NCBI GenBank assembly: GCA_002633005.1
Contig: NMRA01000516.1
Location: 138,562 to 202,561 of the forward strand
Origin: Phoronis australis
Taxonomy: Eukaryota; Animalia; Phoronida
DNA length: 64,000 bases
Direction of reading: 5' to 3'
The notes under the pieces were generated by a model that saw nothing but the letters and a program-made list of their open reading frames with translations, had not been told where the DNA came from and made no database searches. Shown in pieces: positions 1 through 13,700 of this stretch (positions within the stretch are counted from its first letter, which is position 1; every line of letters starts with the position of its first letter). The position numbers were made by a program, and so were the translations under genes.

Positions 1-660
1 TTATTATTTCAAATGAACTTTTATCATGGAAATGAACAATTGATAAGAAAAATAAATTGTGCAGGGTTTCAGGTATCCTTGTGAAAGAGCTCACAGTCAT
101 ATCAAGTTTAGGGTATACCTGAATGGCCTTGCACGACTTGGCTTCATCTAGTCTGGTTTAGGTACACCCCAAATCATTTTGGGTGTACTCATAAAATTCC
201 GAATGTGTATTCAGCTCTCACCTCTAGGTACACCCCAAATCATTTTGGGTGTACTCATAAAATTCCGTTTGTGTATTCAGCTCTCACCTCTGGGTACACC
301 CCAAATCATTTTGGGTGTACTCATAAAACCGTGTTTGGGTGTTCAGCTCTCCAGCTCTGGGTACAGCCCAAATCATTTTGGGTGTACTCAACATAAACTT
401 GGTATTCAGATTTTAGGGTCTGGGCACACTCTTAATCATTTTGACAGTATTTGTGAAATTATGTTTGAGCAATCAAGTCTCAAGACCTGGGTACCCTCCT
501 AATTATTTTTACTGCACTCATTGTCCCAAAATTCCAAACTACAATATTTCAGATACACCGAAAACGAATTTTGGGTGTACCTGAGTGCAGTCAAAATGGA
601 TTTGGGTGTACCTGAGTCCCAAAAGGTTTACTTTTGCATTGCTTTTTCAACCAACTTAGT
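1..660 (+). repeat. Left TIR, inner part, with 66-bp palindromic subrepeats
   Basis: Units start at ~161, 227, 293 and 359, then degenerate. Each has GTACACCC-CAAATCATTTT-GGGTGTAC. Inverted match to 19400-20066. Confidence 0.9.
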
Positions 661-1478
661 GTCTGGCATTACTCTGCCACCGACAAGGGCATGTTTATTA
701 CATTCAGCCTTACTTTAGGTGAACAAATGTTTGTATGAATGAGTTAATTTTAGCTAGGTAAACGGAACTATTTTTTACTTCGTACTTGTACATATCATAC
801 CGAATAGCGACTCATACTGTGATGTGGGTTTCTTTCCCTTACTGTTAACATGAAAAACCAGTGACCTGAACTTATAGTATCTTTATTATGCTGAGCAGAA
901 TGAGAACACATAACAAGACAAGACGGACAGTCATAAATAAAATGCCTGGAATGCTCTCTAATGGTATACTGTCCCTGTATCTGATACCACCTGCTGTGTG
1001 TGACTACTTGATAAAAGCAGTAATGAGGAGTCAGGTCTTCTCTGACATAGGGCTAATTTCTAACTTTAGTAATATAATAACATATTTTACAAAAGTAAGT
1101 AGTCTACATAAAAAGTTGTCTTTTTGACAGAAATCAGCAGTTTATTGCACTAATCGAAAGTTGCTAACAGCGTTTTTGATGTAACTAGTGAAGTTCTCAT
1201 TTAAAAAGGTTTCATTAAAATCTACCAAGGGGTTATTTTGCTATGAATGTACATTTCTTAAAAAATTAAATGACATGAAAAAGCTGTTAACCTAATAACA
1301 ATTCTGGTACATCAATATAAAACAAATTATATTGTCAAAGCTTAGTTTTTTGATGTACGAGTTACAAGAATGGAGGCCACTAAATTAGATTTGAGACAAC
1401 CCTAACCTAGGTATACTATTTAGATGTAATATCATAACAAAAGTCCATAGAAAGTAACAAATAACATCACTATTTTCA

Positions 1479-4400
1479 CTACTCGTCCTCCAGTGCTGTT
1501 GAGTGCAGCTGAGGTGGCCCTGGGCTACTATCGCTGAATTCGTATGGGTCCGGATCTCCAGCAATAATAGCCATGGCTTGAATGTCCTCAGCTCTCATGA
1601 GTTTCTCATCCACAGCAGTGGCATTCTCTTCCATAGCATTCTCACTCTCTTCCACCACATTCTCACTCTCTTCCACCACATTCTCACTCTCTTCCACCAC
1701 ATTCTCACTCTCCTCAACACTCACACTCTCTTCCACCATACCCTCACTCTCTTCTACCACACTAGCTCTTCCTTCCTCACTTACAGACTGAGTACTTATT
1801 CCGCTATCGTCACCCATGCAATGGCTAAATAAGTCCGCTTGCGACAATTTCTGCACATCTGCCTCCACTTTCCTCTTGTACTTGCCAACAATGGACTGCA
1901 CGATGGGGTTGTGACCGATATTGTTTCCATTGACAGTCACAGAAATCTGGCACTCCACTTGGTTCATATTCAGTCTTTCGTTGACTTGCTGGCAGTACTC
2001 CAGAAGCTGCGTAGGGATTTTTCGATCTGTGAAAAAATCAAGAAGCCTATTACCGCATGCGCATACATGTAGAAAAATGTAGCAGTAATATTTTTGTGGT
2101 GTAAAGTCGATGAACTGCAAGGTAAATTGACATAGGTCCAACTGCCATTTTTCCCTGTTCATCAGTACTATACACCTATTGTGTGTAGTTGATAGATAAT
2201 TTTTGTTCGGCCAAAGGCATCAAGTATACTTTGAAGAAGTATGGAATGCCTCAAATTATATCATCATGAAATTGTTTCAAACAGCTTCTTCATGTCATTT
2301 CTTCATGCCTACTTGGTTGTAATACTATTACTAATCGTGTAATAGGTGTGTTGCAAATATGTTATCGTTAAGACAAATGAGTGATGAAGATCACAAGATA
2401 TCATGTTAATCCATATCTCTTTAAACTGACAAATGTAGACTGACAGAACCAACCTTACCAGACAATTTCACCATTGGTAGGAACTTTGACAATTGTTCAT
2501 CAGATGAATACTGGGGGAACTTGTCTCTGGCCTCCTCAAAGCTGGAACACTTCACTCCATATGTGAACCCTCCTTTCACAACTTTCATTTTCTTGTAGTT
2601 GTCAATTTGACTACTGAACATCTTCAAATTGCCATGGGCTGTTAATGCTTCATCAAGAAAATGCAGTTGCTCACATTCCGAGAGTCCCAGCAGCTTGATA
2701 AAAAACTGCAAAATGTAAATCAAAGTTACAATTATATGGATTAACCGAGGATGACAGAATGTTTCACAAGTTGCATGATGTCATACTAGGCTTTTCATCC
2801 TTTATAACAATATTGAGCAGGTAAACTTCACCTAATACTATAGCCTCAATGCTGGCTATACTGTAGACAGGGGCAAAGCCCAAGCAGGAACACTGGTTCT
2901 CTCGAAAAGTTAAGGAGCCTGTCTTCATCAAGACCAGACAACCCACCATGAATCTAGCCTAAGGACTGCAGCTCCTCTGCTGTACCAATTTATTCTAGAT
3001 CTAGGTCAACAAAACGCTTGTAATCCATTCATTGAAGAAGACCTTAGATGAGGGTGGAAACTTAGAATCCTCCACAGCAAAAAGTTCGTAGTAAGAGAAT
3101 TTTACCTGATTTTAAGCATCATGCAACTTAAAAAAACTCCATGATGCCATCAGTTGCGATTTCAGGTATACATGAGTGCGTGTTTTTACATGCAAATATT
3201 GTTATACTTGCTATTATTGATAATTCTGACTTTCAACACATTGAAACATTATATACCGATAATAATCATGTGACCTTCCCCATGATGCCTGACTAATTCA
3301 AGAAGAAGTCTAATAATAGATTCATCTTATACTTCCCAATATGATCCGTTGTTCTACTATAAATTGTATAATAGCTAATGTATATTAACGACAAGTATTA
3401 AAATCCCTGTTTTAATAGGGACAGAGATAAATTGTCCCTTTCCTTCTCGTAGCAGGGACGTTATTCTCATTTTTTTACATCAGTGTCAAAATCTTCTCCA
3501 TTGAGTTTCTCATTCAATCTTAGAAAGGGAAAACATGTAGGATAGTAAATAAAACATTTGGAATCACACGCACCCGAGTTATATAGAGGGGTAAACAAAC
3601 CTTTCCTGTGACTAACAAACAAGACATTTTGTACTTGTAACCAAAATAAGTGACATTAATGGCAGTGGGTGTTTATTTGAATCTGCACTTCAGGCAACTA
3701 CTAAAAGTTGACTTTTTTAAAAATTCATTTTGTGGTTTAACACCCATGCTTGGTTTAATGCCAACCCCATATTTTTTGCTCACAATTGTAATGCCGTGGG
3801 CACTCACCTGTATATGTACGGTTATATGAAATTATTGAATTATTTCTATACAATTCTCAACTTACAGTTTGTCCAACCTCTGTTTGTGTGCAGTTTTCAT
3901 CCATTTTTTTCAATTCTTCTTTGTCAAAGAGCAGCAACACTTTACTGAAGCATCTGTTGCTTAGTGAGGCAACCTTGCAAATATAAGTTACAGCTTGTGG
4001 ACCCTAAACGAAAAAACAAAAAGAACAGTGCTACTTTTAATGCCATTATTGGAATTTACTGTATTGTTACGCAAATCGTGTTAGCATAGCTCAAAAACAT
4101 ACCACTCCTAACATATCACCAAATGCTTGCGAATTGCAGGAGACAATCACTAGATTACCAAACAATCGCAAAGAATATGCTCAACTGAGAGATAAAATGT
4201 AATATGCTATTATTTTTGGCTGTTACTTATATTAGAGGCAATTCTATGTTGATCTTGTTAAAAGTTCACAATACTAATTTATTTTGCACCGTCAATGCAA
4301 AATTTATAACTTGGAATATCTTTTCGAGCATTCTTAAATACAGCATTCATACCTATTTTGACTAGAAAAAATAATGTACAACAAACTTGGCGAATATGTC

Positions 4401-7400
4401 AGAAAAGATACTTCACATAGAAAAATTATTTTGTTCTTAGCATGCTGTGTATGGTTCAAATGTGCTTTGAGATTATAAGGTTAGCTTTGAGCACTTGCAG
4501 CAATGTAGTATATCCTTCAAAATAGAAAAAAATGGCAACTTCACAGTAATTATTATTTCCTGATATGATACTCATCTTTTGTCTATACTAAAGAGACAAC
4601 GATGTAGATTAATTTATACTAGTATAGGTATTTAGCTGGCTTACAGATTCATACCAAGTGATCCATTGCCAATTCCACTTGACACTTTTCCTTTATCTTT
4701 TGAGACACGCTGCTGCATGGGAATCCTTCTTTCCCCAATTCTTCTTGCATAATTCGTCTCGCGAGCTTAACCCTGTCTTGAAAGAAGGGTTTTTTGCCGG
4801 TTGTTCTGTGGTTATGCTGACTTGCCAGTCGCCTTGCTTCATGATTTGAGAGGCCAACGTAAACGTCGACCTCAACAAATCTGATTGCTTCTAGATGGTC
4901 GTCGTCATTCTCTTGGAGTACTTCCTGACAAGCTGTCCTCAAATGATTTCCTCCCAGAGTTTGTAACTTGTATTGCGCCAGTTTACCAGAGTCAAACTGG
5001 TCCAGCGATGGAACTTGCTTGCGATCAATTAGACAAGGAAGTACAGTGGAGTGTGGCATTGTTGTGTTTCGTACTAAACCTTGCTTGATGGAGTTCACCC
5101 AACTTCTACTAATATCTCGGACAAAGAGATCGTTGCTGGGTTTCTGCAAGGTTATCATGGACACTCTGTGTCTTCCTGAAACAAATAGTAATGAATTCTC
5201 AAAGCAGTTTAATTAGATAAAAATCTGATCATACCTACATTTTTCTGCACTGGAGACATGATAAGACCCATATTCTCTGAGCTTATGTTTTATGATTCTA
5301 AGTAATTGTATCACCCTGTTAAAACTCAATGAAAATATGTGTTATTGCAGCAAAGCAATCATTTCCACAGCCCACCAATTAACAGTTCTCAGCTATCACT
5401 AGTTCTAAACTTAGGTCTCTTAGGTCTGATGTCATTTCGACATCATCTTTGGCATAATTTTTTTTCCTGGCATGATAAATTTTCAGTCCCAACGTGTTAA
5501 ATTTTGGTTCTGACATGATAAATTATAGGTTCTGAAGCGATAAATTTTGGTTTTGAGTATGGCGTGATAAATTATAGGTTTTGAAGTGACAAATTTTGGA
5601 TTTCTAGAAATTGTGCAAACAAATTTAAATCAGCTTCCTTTTTCTGTAATGTGTGTCACCTAAAAGGCAAAAAAATCGAATCTTGTAAGTGAAAGAAAGT
5701 ATACCTGCGTATTTCTCTTGGAGTTGTTTGTCAACAGCAAGAGATACTATCTGGTTGCTGGGTGGACCAACATCAATGTTGTCTGGAACACTCTGAAGGG
5801 GCATTGTTGCTCTTGTCTTTGATTTTGGTGCTTCAACGTCAGGTGCTTTTGTTCGCTTCTTTGTCTTTGTTCCTTTTTTTACATTACTATTCTTGGTCAG
5901 GCACGATATGAATGACATGCCATTGAGCACTTGATCATGAAAAGTACTTGAAAACTTGTTACGGGTAGAATCAAACTTAGATCTAGCAAAATTTCGTTTT
6001 TCTCCACATCCCCGGAACTTGAACTGTAAAAAAGAATATTAAGCTCTGAGCTCAACAACAACATGACTGTGATACAAAGCACTGTAAATCTGACCTAACA
6101 CAAATGTGTTTTATATTATTCAACCCTCTCAAAATATGCTATTCAACAAAAGTTCTGTTTTATGTGTATAGATAATTCTTCACTAAGAGCTCAAAATAGA
6201 CAAGGCAAATTAACAAATGGTTTGACAAATGGACAAGTGGTTTGCTAAACAGGCAAGTGATTTGCCAAATAAGCAAGACTACTTTGCAGACTCTGTTGGA
6301 TAAACAAGTAAGATGACAAGTGATTAAGTAGGTTGCCAAACAGACAAGAAACCTGGGAGGCACAACTTTCAAATAATAAGTCAACTGTCAACTCAACTTT
6401 CCTTGTAAAATTACACAAGTGTCACTTCGCNCCCTTCCTAATGCCACAGTTTTCTAACTGTGGATGGTGGTTTAGTCAGGAAGTAATTGAAAGATAAGAA
6501 GCATGCTGAGAAACCCTGTCAGCAGTTGACTATTAATCATGAAGGGTGCTGAAAACTATGTCCCAAAACACTGTAAGACTTCTAGATTTGTTAAATTATG
6601 GATAAGTTCATATGAAACCAACTCATGTAAAGGCTCTGCGGGTATGATGCGAAAGCTACCAATCTATTCTGTTAGTTACATTTTTGACAAGACTGACCCT
6701 CAGTACATGTATGTAATGCAGAGCATTTTTGACACAAAGAGGAAAAATTGTTGTACGTTGTTAATAAAGACTCAACATAAATTTGAAGCTACCGGGATGT
6801 TTTATTTCTGGTTATGTTTTGATAAACATGACTGAAGAAAGTTTTTCAAAATTTGAAACAAAAAAATATGCTGTGTATATGCACAACTAACTGCAATAGT
6901 ATAGCCGAGTACCAAATACAGGACCACATCAATTCAAAATTTTGTAAAAAAAGTGGATAACCCAGTAAATTTTGCAACCACACATGATTGCATGTCATAA
7001 TGTTAAATTTGACTTAAAATTATGGATTGACAATTAATTGGCGGGTGGCTGAACCAAGATTTGGAGATGGTATGTGGTCGTAAACAGTTCTATTTACTTT
7101 TAATCAGGCACCTTGATTTCAACAAGCAATGTCACCACGACTACTATAATTTTAATTTAAGAATGGTCACTGACAAATTGAGAAAATCTGAACATGAAAA
7201 AGTATGTATTTATGCAAACATGCAGAACCATTGTAGTTTGGACACAACACTCCGTTTTCAAACATTACGGTGAATTCATGCAAGAAGTGAATTAATTGCA
7301 AATATATTTTCTTTTCAAGTAAATTTTGGCATGCATTGAAGTAGTCAAAATTAATTCAACATTTCATTTGCATGTTTACTTACACTGGTGTATTCAGCTG

Positions 7401-7524
7401 TTCGACCAGGCGAAACTTCTTCAATAGCTCCATAGTCTTCCCCATCAGCAATTCTTGTAAGTTTTTGACCATTAATGTGAACAAAAATATCACCGCCTTC
7501 TTGAACAAAATACCACTTAGACAT
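1479..7524 (-). CDS. Transposon accessory protein with ParB/sulfiredoxin-like N-terminal domain, helical region and acidic tail (~637 aa, 6 exons)
   Basis: Exons 7524-7384, 6023-5705, 5175-4655, 4003-3866, 2705-2459, 2026-1479. All introns are GT-AG and the phases join into an open 1914-nt CDS. Motifs: VRDISRSWVNSIK, LQTLGGNHLRTAC, VDVYVGLSNHEARRLASQHN. Confidence 0.8.
1624..1775 (-). repeat. Coding 21-bp minisatellite (EESENVV heptads)
   Basis: Tandem TTCTCACTCTCTTCCACCACA units in the last exon of the ParB-like gene. Confidence 0.85.
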
Positions 7525-7899
7525 CTTGCCTGGAGCACTCACAGTATCAAAATAGTTCAAATCAGTCACTTTCTTATTTAGTTTGAGCAAATGCTGACAA
7601 AGCAAAACCAATCAGATACCATGGTCTCACTTTAGTTTTGGAGGGAACATATTTCATTGGATGGGCAAGATACTTATTCAATAACAGTGCCATGGTCATG
7701 ATAATACTTAACAGACTATCAACTATGACTGAAAACAAATTACATGTCACTCAGTACATGTATAGGCCACATGGATTAATCAAACTTTAAAACTGTTGTT
7801 ACAGACATTAAGGTTTGAGCTCAAATTGACAATCAGAATTTCAGTGGCTTCACATAACTTCCTACATTGAAGTTGGGTTTTATCTAGCTCGTGTTAAAA
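7525..7899. promoter_or_regulatory. Putative bidirectional promoter
   Basis: Only 375 bp separate the divergent predicted ATGs (7524 -, 7900 +). Inferred from geometry only. Confidence 0.5.
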
Positions 7900-10656
7900 A
7901 TGTCTTGCACGGAATCGGAAGATTTTTCAGATTTTTCCGCGTCTGATGAAGACTTCCCACAAGTGGATGTGAAAGAAAATGAGTTTTTCACTTCTGGTAA
8001 GTACTTCTCACACGTAAGTTATGAATTTTTGCATTTCCTACTATCTTAGTTGTTTTTTGCTAATTAATCTATAGATTAAATAACCTTGTCTGGCCCTCTG
8101 ATATGAACCCTAGGTAAGAGAATTGCATACTGAAAAATATTTTTAGAGCGACAATATAAAAACTGCATTAAATTATCATTTGTTCAAAATGAATATTAAA
8201 TCAAAACAGGTTTTCTGATAAAATACAACTTTAGAAACAGTGTTTTAAATTAAAGACGGTCACAAGTTTTGAATTATGTCATAGGTATAAGTTTTAGTAG
8301 CTGTTGCTACTTGACATTTGGAATACTGACAGTTAAGAGAAAACTTTGAAGTGATTAGCAAACTGGGAATAGAAATCAACATGCAATTTACATTGACACT
8401 CGGTTTATACTGGAGTAAAGTCAGCATAAAAGGGTCGTAAGTTGTATCTGAAAATTTGTGAAAACAATTCATGTATCAAATTCATAAAGCATATGTTTCA
8501 GGCAGGGATGATTCAGCATTGTTTTGTCCTCTTTGTTACAAGCTGCACAAAAATGTCCACAAACATATCACATCTGCCCCCTCTCCCAAATTCTTCTAAA
8601 CTTCAGCGCTGAAAATGCCATACTCTCGGTAGTTTTAAACTGAATTTCACAGTTGTGTGAATAATGAAGGAAACAAATACTGTCACGCATGCAACAGTGC
8701 AGCAAAATTATCAATGGATTGCCGAAGCCCAAAATTAGTAGTTTTCAATGGAAAGAGTTTTTAGCTATTCACTTCAAGTGCACGATTTTAAGAATTAATT
8801 AGTAATGAAATGTAGCATTCTTGTCACTTAAGTCCAGAACTTCGGATGACCTGTGACAAAAAAGAGGAAAGACTTCCAGCCTGGAAGTGATGTTTCGTTT
8901 CACAAATAAATACGCTTGTGTGATAGGAATATTTTTTGTGTTGTAAAATTTAACTGAAATAAATGATTTTGCATCAATAAAGTCAAAATAATGATAAAAA
9001 GAGACAAAAAAGATGAAACTGGAGACCAAATAAGAGGAAATAGAAACCAAAATAGAGCAAATCCTATTAAAAAGGAACATTCCAAGCCCTGTAGGTCTCA
9101 ACATTGTAAAATATAGCTCATCCTCCTAGTCACTGAAAAGCATTTTAAATCACCAACTGACACTTTAGCTCAAGTGAAAACAAATGAGGCTAGTATTACA
9201 TAATAGTACCTCTGATAACAGACAAATGCACAATTCAGATTGTGGTTCTAGAGACTGGAAAACAAGAACCATTTGGAATTTCTGAGTTTTAGAGTCCTGC
9301 CTAAGAGTTGTGTGTGGAGTCCACTACAAATGAAGTTAGGACTTGTATGTCACTTGGCCAATTATCCTTTTACAAACAGATGGTAGACCTGTTGTTGACA
9401 ACACAACAAATGCTTTCAGACACTGTCACATTTACGGTAAATTCAGGGGTCACCTAAACCACTGGTATTACAATGCACTGTAACATTTTCAATTTTTCGT
9501 TAAAGTTAGTGTGCGCAATATAAACTGAATAGTCACACTTTATAGTGGAAGGGCATAAACAATAAAAAAACTTCCAAAATATGTACAAGGAAGTGAAATT
9601 ACTTGTTTGTAAAGAGGCAGTCCTCATTACTGACGCCTGAAACAAAAATTACAAACCAGTCTATGGCAAACTATCACCAATTTCAAGCAAACAAAATTGA
9701 TTAAACTGTCCTTTTTCAATTTTTAAGGGCGTCCAACAAAGGTAAGACAATCAATGTTTCAAATATTGTCATTCTATGGCACGTGTGGTACAAAACTTTA
9801 AAATGGTGTTAATCTGGTTTAATTTTTTTAAAAAGAAAAGTTGAGAAAATAATTTTTCTTGTTTGTCATATTGTGTACCGATACGAATTATCTAAAGTAA
9901 GGCAAATCAAACAACGTACAGAAACCTGTTTCTTGTTCCAGGTGCAACTGAATCATCTTCTGACCAAAATTCTCTGAATGGTGACATTTCAAGTGATGGT
10001 TTATCTTCTGATGAATATGACTCAGAAGATGGCGTGGAGCATACAGCAAGCAAGGGTATTTATATATTTTCTGCTCAGTTCCTCTAGTTCACATTGGTAG
10101 ATGCATGCTTGTACATTTAAGCGACAAAAGAATATTGCTGCATAATTCAACACTCTGCCATGTTTATTCAGCAGGTCAAAAGAGTAAAAATTGGTTAAAA
10201 TGAGTCATTTGTGTTTAAAAACTGTTAGAACATCAATCCTGTATTGTTGATTCACTTGCTGTGTCATCAGGCGGTAGGTGACAAACCAAGTTTTCAGTGT
10301 ACTGTAGAAACCTTGATTAATATGACCACATCAGGCTAGAAATAGGATTGACTACAGATGTTCACCAATAAGTCAAATCTTCCTTTTTATTCTCCCACAA
10401 CATTGTCAGGCAGTGGTGAAAGTCATAGTTATTGTAAGACACATTGCCTTTCACTTTTCACATCCTGTTGGAAGTGTTTAACTGAGACATGTTTTTTGTT
10501 TGATTTGCCAACCAATATTTTAAGATGGTTTCCTACTCCTAGGTTTGCCTTCAGTAGTTAGTGACTAAGCAAGCACATGTGAAGTGACCTTGCATATTTT
10601 AATGATTAAGATTTTCGCTTTGCCATGACATTCAATGCGTGTGCACGCACATGTGC

Positions 10657-10704
<48 letters not shown>

Positions 10705-13700
10705 AAGGGTGCATGCGTATTTGCATTATTGAAATTGAGCTTTGAATTGAAAAATATTTTTTTGCATTAAGTGAATATTTGGAGTTTAAAAACCAAACCT
10801 GTGGACACTATAAATTTCCTTGGACCTCCAGCACAGGTACTCTAATTTGGGGTTTTGTGTTGTGAAAGGCAGTGACGACAACATCATGCTGCTCTGGGTT
10901 TGGTTGGTTTATGTTGCAAATCAACCTTGCCTGCATTCATCGAAAACACTGTTTCTGCCTATTTTTGTGTTACTGTTGGGTGAACTTGTCTTTTTGTAAA
11001 CAAATGTCAAGTTTATTTAGGAAGCATTAAAATTGACTCAGAAATAGTAAAGTTGCAACTTGTGCTGGTTTAAGTGAAGTACACTGTCCAAAAACACTTG
11101 GCCAACTACAACATTATTACGCTACCAGTGTAATTAGTTATTAGTATGGCTCTGAGGGCAACCAGTCTGACGATGACATTTCGAGTTTCAATATATCGCC
11201 TAATGTAGATGAGTAGAAGAGTCCAATTAGTACCTGTGCCCAGCAGTGAAAAATTGTAGAAGTAATGCAGTGATATGAGGAATTGTGTTTTGTATGGTGG
11301 ATAGAGAAAAAATGAAATTGCATACTCTGAAAGATTGTTGAAGCAGGTCAGGTCAAAGTCTTTGAATCCATTCAATCTCACATTTACTAATATCATAGGG
11401 TTGCCTTATAGGTTTAGTGTAGTTGCAGCTCTGGTTATCTAAGGTCATTCCAGTATAAAGAATCATTGTGGTTTGAGTTCTTGCTATGTAACTTTCTGTG
11501 GTCTGTGCCTGTAAATAAATCAGACCACATACAATCCCCACATCAAGCCATAAATCCAATAACAGGCTTGACCAATATTGCTCTGAAGACAGTTACTAGA
11601 GTCCAAGCTTGGTGACCTTTAAATGTTTTGTCTGAGTGTTGTTTGGTGGAATTTCCTTGGCATCATTATCAGTGTATTCTCTTATGAGTGTTCACAGTCC
11701 AGAATGTATTGCACCACCCAGCCTAGTCCATTGTGTGGATGCCCTTTTACAACAACCTCATTAACTTTCTCCTGTTTACAAAAATTTTGTCATTGTGCTG
11801 AACTATCAACCAATGATTGTACATAAGGACACAAATAGACTTACATTCCTATCATAATTGACAGTGCCTGAACACAAATGCTTATAACTCTAAAGGATGG
11901 GTTGGGGCAGCACAGCAGTGTTTTCATTTCATCATTTTTAAGTGGAAACAAATAGTGATTTCAGTTTGGTTTACAATTAAAACAATTGATATTTTTAAAA
12001 CTGTTTTACTTTCAAATTATTTTTTTCGTTTTTAAGCTTGTTCTACTTTTAAAATATTTTAACACAGTTTTTATATCAGATTTTCTTTTTAAACATGTTT
12101 TACTTTCAAATTGTTTTTCCCTTTTAAAAACAAAATATTTTCAAATTTGTTTTCTATTATTTTCTTTTTGAACATGTTTTACATTGAAAATAATTTTCGT
12201 TTCTTTTAACTTAGAATATGTTGTTTTCTTAGCAATTTAGCTTGGGATCGGTGTGCCCCCATAGAATGGAAAAAGCTTTCATTCAGCACTTCACTTGCAA
12301 AGGTACTAGTAATTGATTCATTGCCCATGAGTTTTAATATTTTAAAATTATATCTCACTGGATGAATATAATTTTTGGGTTGAGTAAATTTATCAGACAA
12401 AAATCTTATAAATACTAGTTGAGTTGACGGAATAATAATTTTATTTCTTTAATTTATTGAATCAAAATAAGAACTTCCACCAAATTCATTCATGTCCCCA
12501 TTTCTGATGTTATCTTGCATAAAATGAGACTTTCATGAATCCCATCACCATTTTGGAACACAGGTTATGTGCACCACAGGATCTGAAAATTGTCCTTGTA
12601 GCAAACTTTCATTAAAATACGTGATTATTTTGATGTTACAGCCAAACCCTGGTTACCACCAAACATTTACCTAAGTGAAGACTCTAGCATTGGGTGATGC
12701 CTGTGTTCTGAGCCACTTGTCATTTAATCAAGAAGTAACAATTTTATATATAGTTCGCCTGGTTCAACTACAATCCACAACTGTGAAAGAAAAAACAGAC
12801 AATGCAAGAGGACAGAAATTTTGATCATGCTTTAAGTGTAGTTGTTTCATGATCAGAGTTTGTGAAGTTGACGATTTTTGGCTTTTGAATGAGGCGCAAA
12901 GCACCCACTGAGCTGAAAAAATGCAACGCAGTGCAGTTTACAAAAAGACACGAAGCAATCTAATCTATACTTGTTACACCATGTGGTGATATTTGAATAT
13001 ATACTACCATTAATCCAGATCAAAAGTTTAGGAACCAGCATTTACGCACTATTCTGTCTATGACCGTATGGTAACCTTGATTCCAATAACTGTAGCACCG
13101 GACAGGAATACAGGTGACTTTCAAGCAAAATATGTAAACAACTTTGGTAACAATTTTATAGTATGAACTTTGCACCAAGTACCATAGTAATTGTGTCAAT
13201 ATTGTAGAATCGCACTATAATTTTAATACTGACTCCAGGTTTCTCTTAAATGCAGGAGCCGGGCGTGGTCGGCCAGTTGGCTCACTCAAAAGACAACGTG
13301 AAACAGACACGGATTCAGACTCAGAGAGCGAGTCAATTCCAACACACCACCTTAAGAAAAAGCCAGGTAACATCTGCTAATTAAATAATGCCGATTATGA
13401 TGTCTTTAGTAAAAGTCGACTAAAAATGTTTTTTTGAATTTCATGAAAAGTACAAAAGACCGAAATAACCAAGAATGCATTCAGCAAGGGAAAATCCTCT
13501 TTAGGCTTTTTCATAATGGCTGAACTCTGGTCTCAGCAGAGCGTCAATGTAAAATGCGAAGTTAACTAAACCGTTCATACTGAGTTTGGTAGTTAATGGA
13601 CATCGAAGTAACCAGTAGGTGACACTGTTGCCATCGATGTAATCGTAAGGTAGTGCTACACGCTAAGGTTTTTCTTAATGTGACAATTTGGGAATATTTA

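Noticed and set aside
161-450. CRISPR array (palindromic repeat + ~38-bp spacer)
   Set aside because: The spacers resemble each other, the array is mirrored in the other TIR, there are no cas genes, and the context is eukaryotic.
179-502. ORFs 179-502, 205-396 and mirrors at 19452-19888
   Set aside because: Products of the 66-bp repeat period; no protein-like features.
1503-2072. Plus-strand His/Ser-rich ORFs
   Set aside because: Antisense shadows of the acidic repeat exon.
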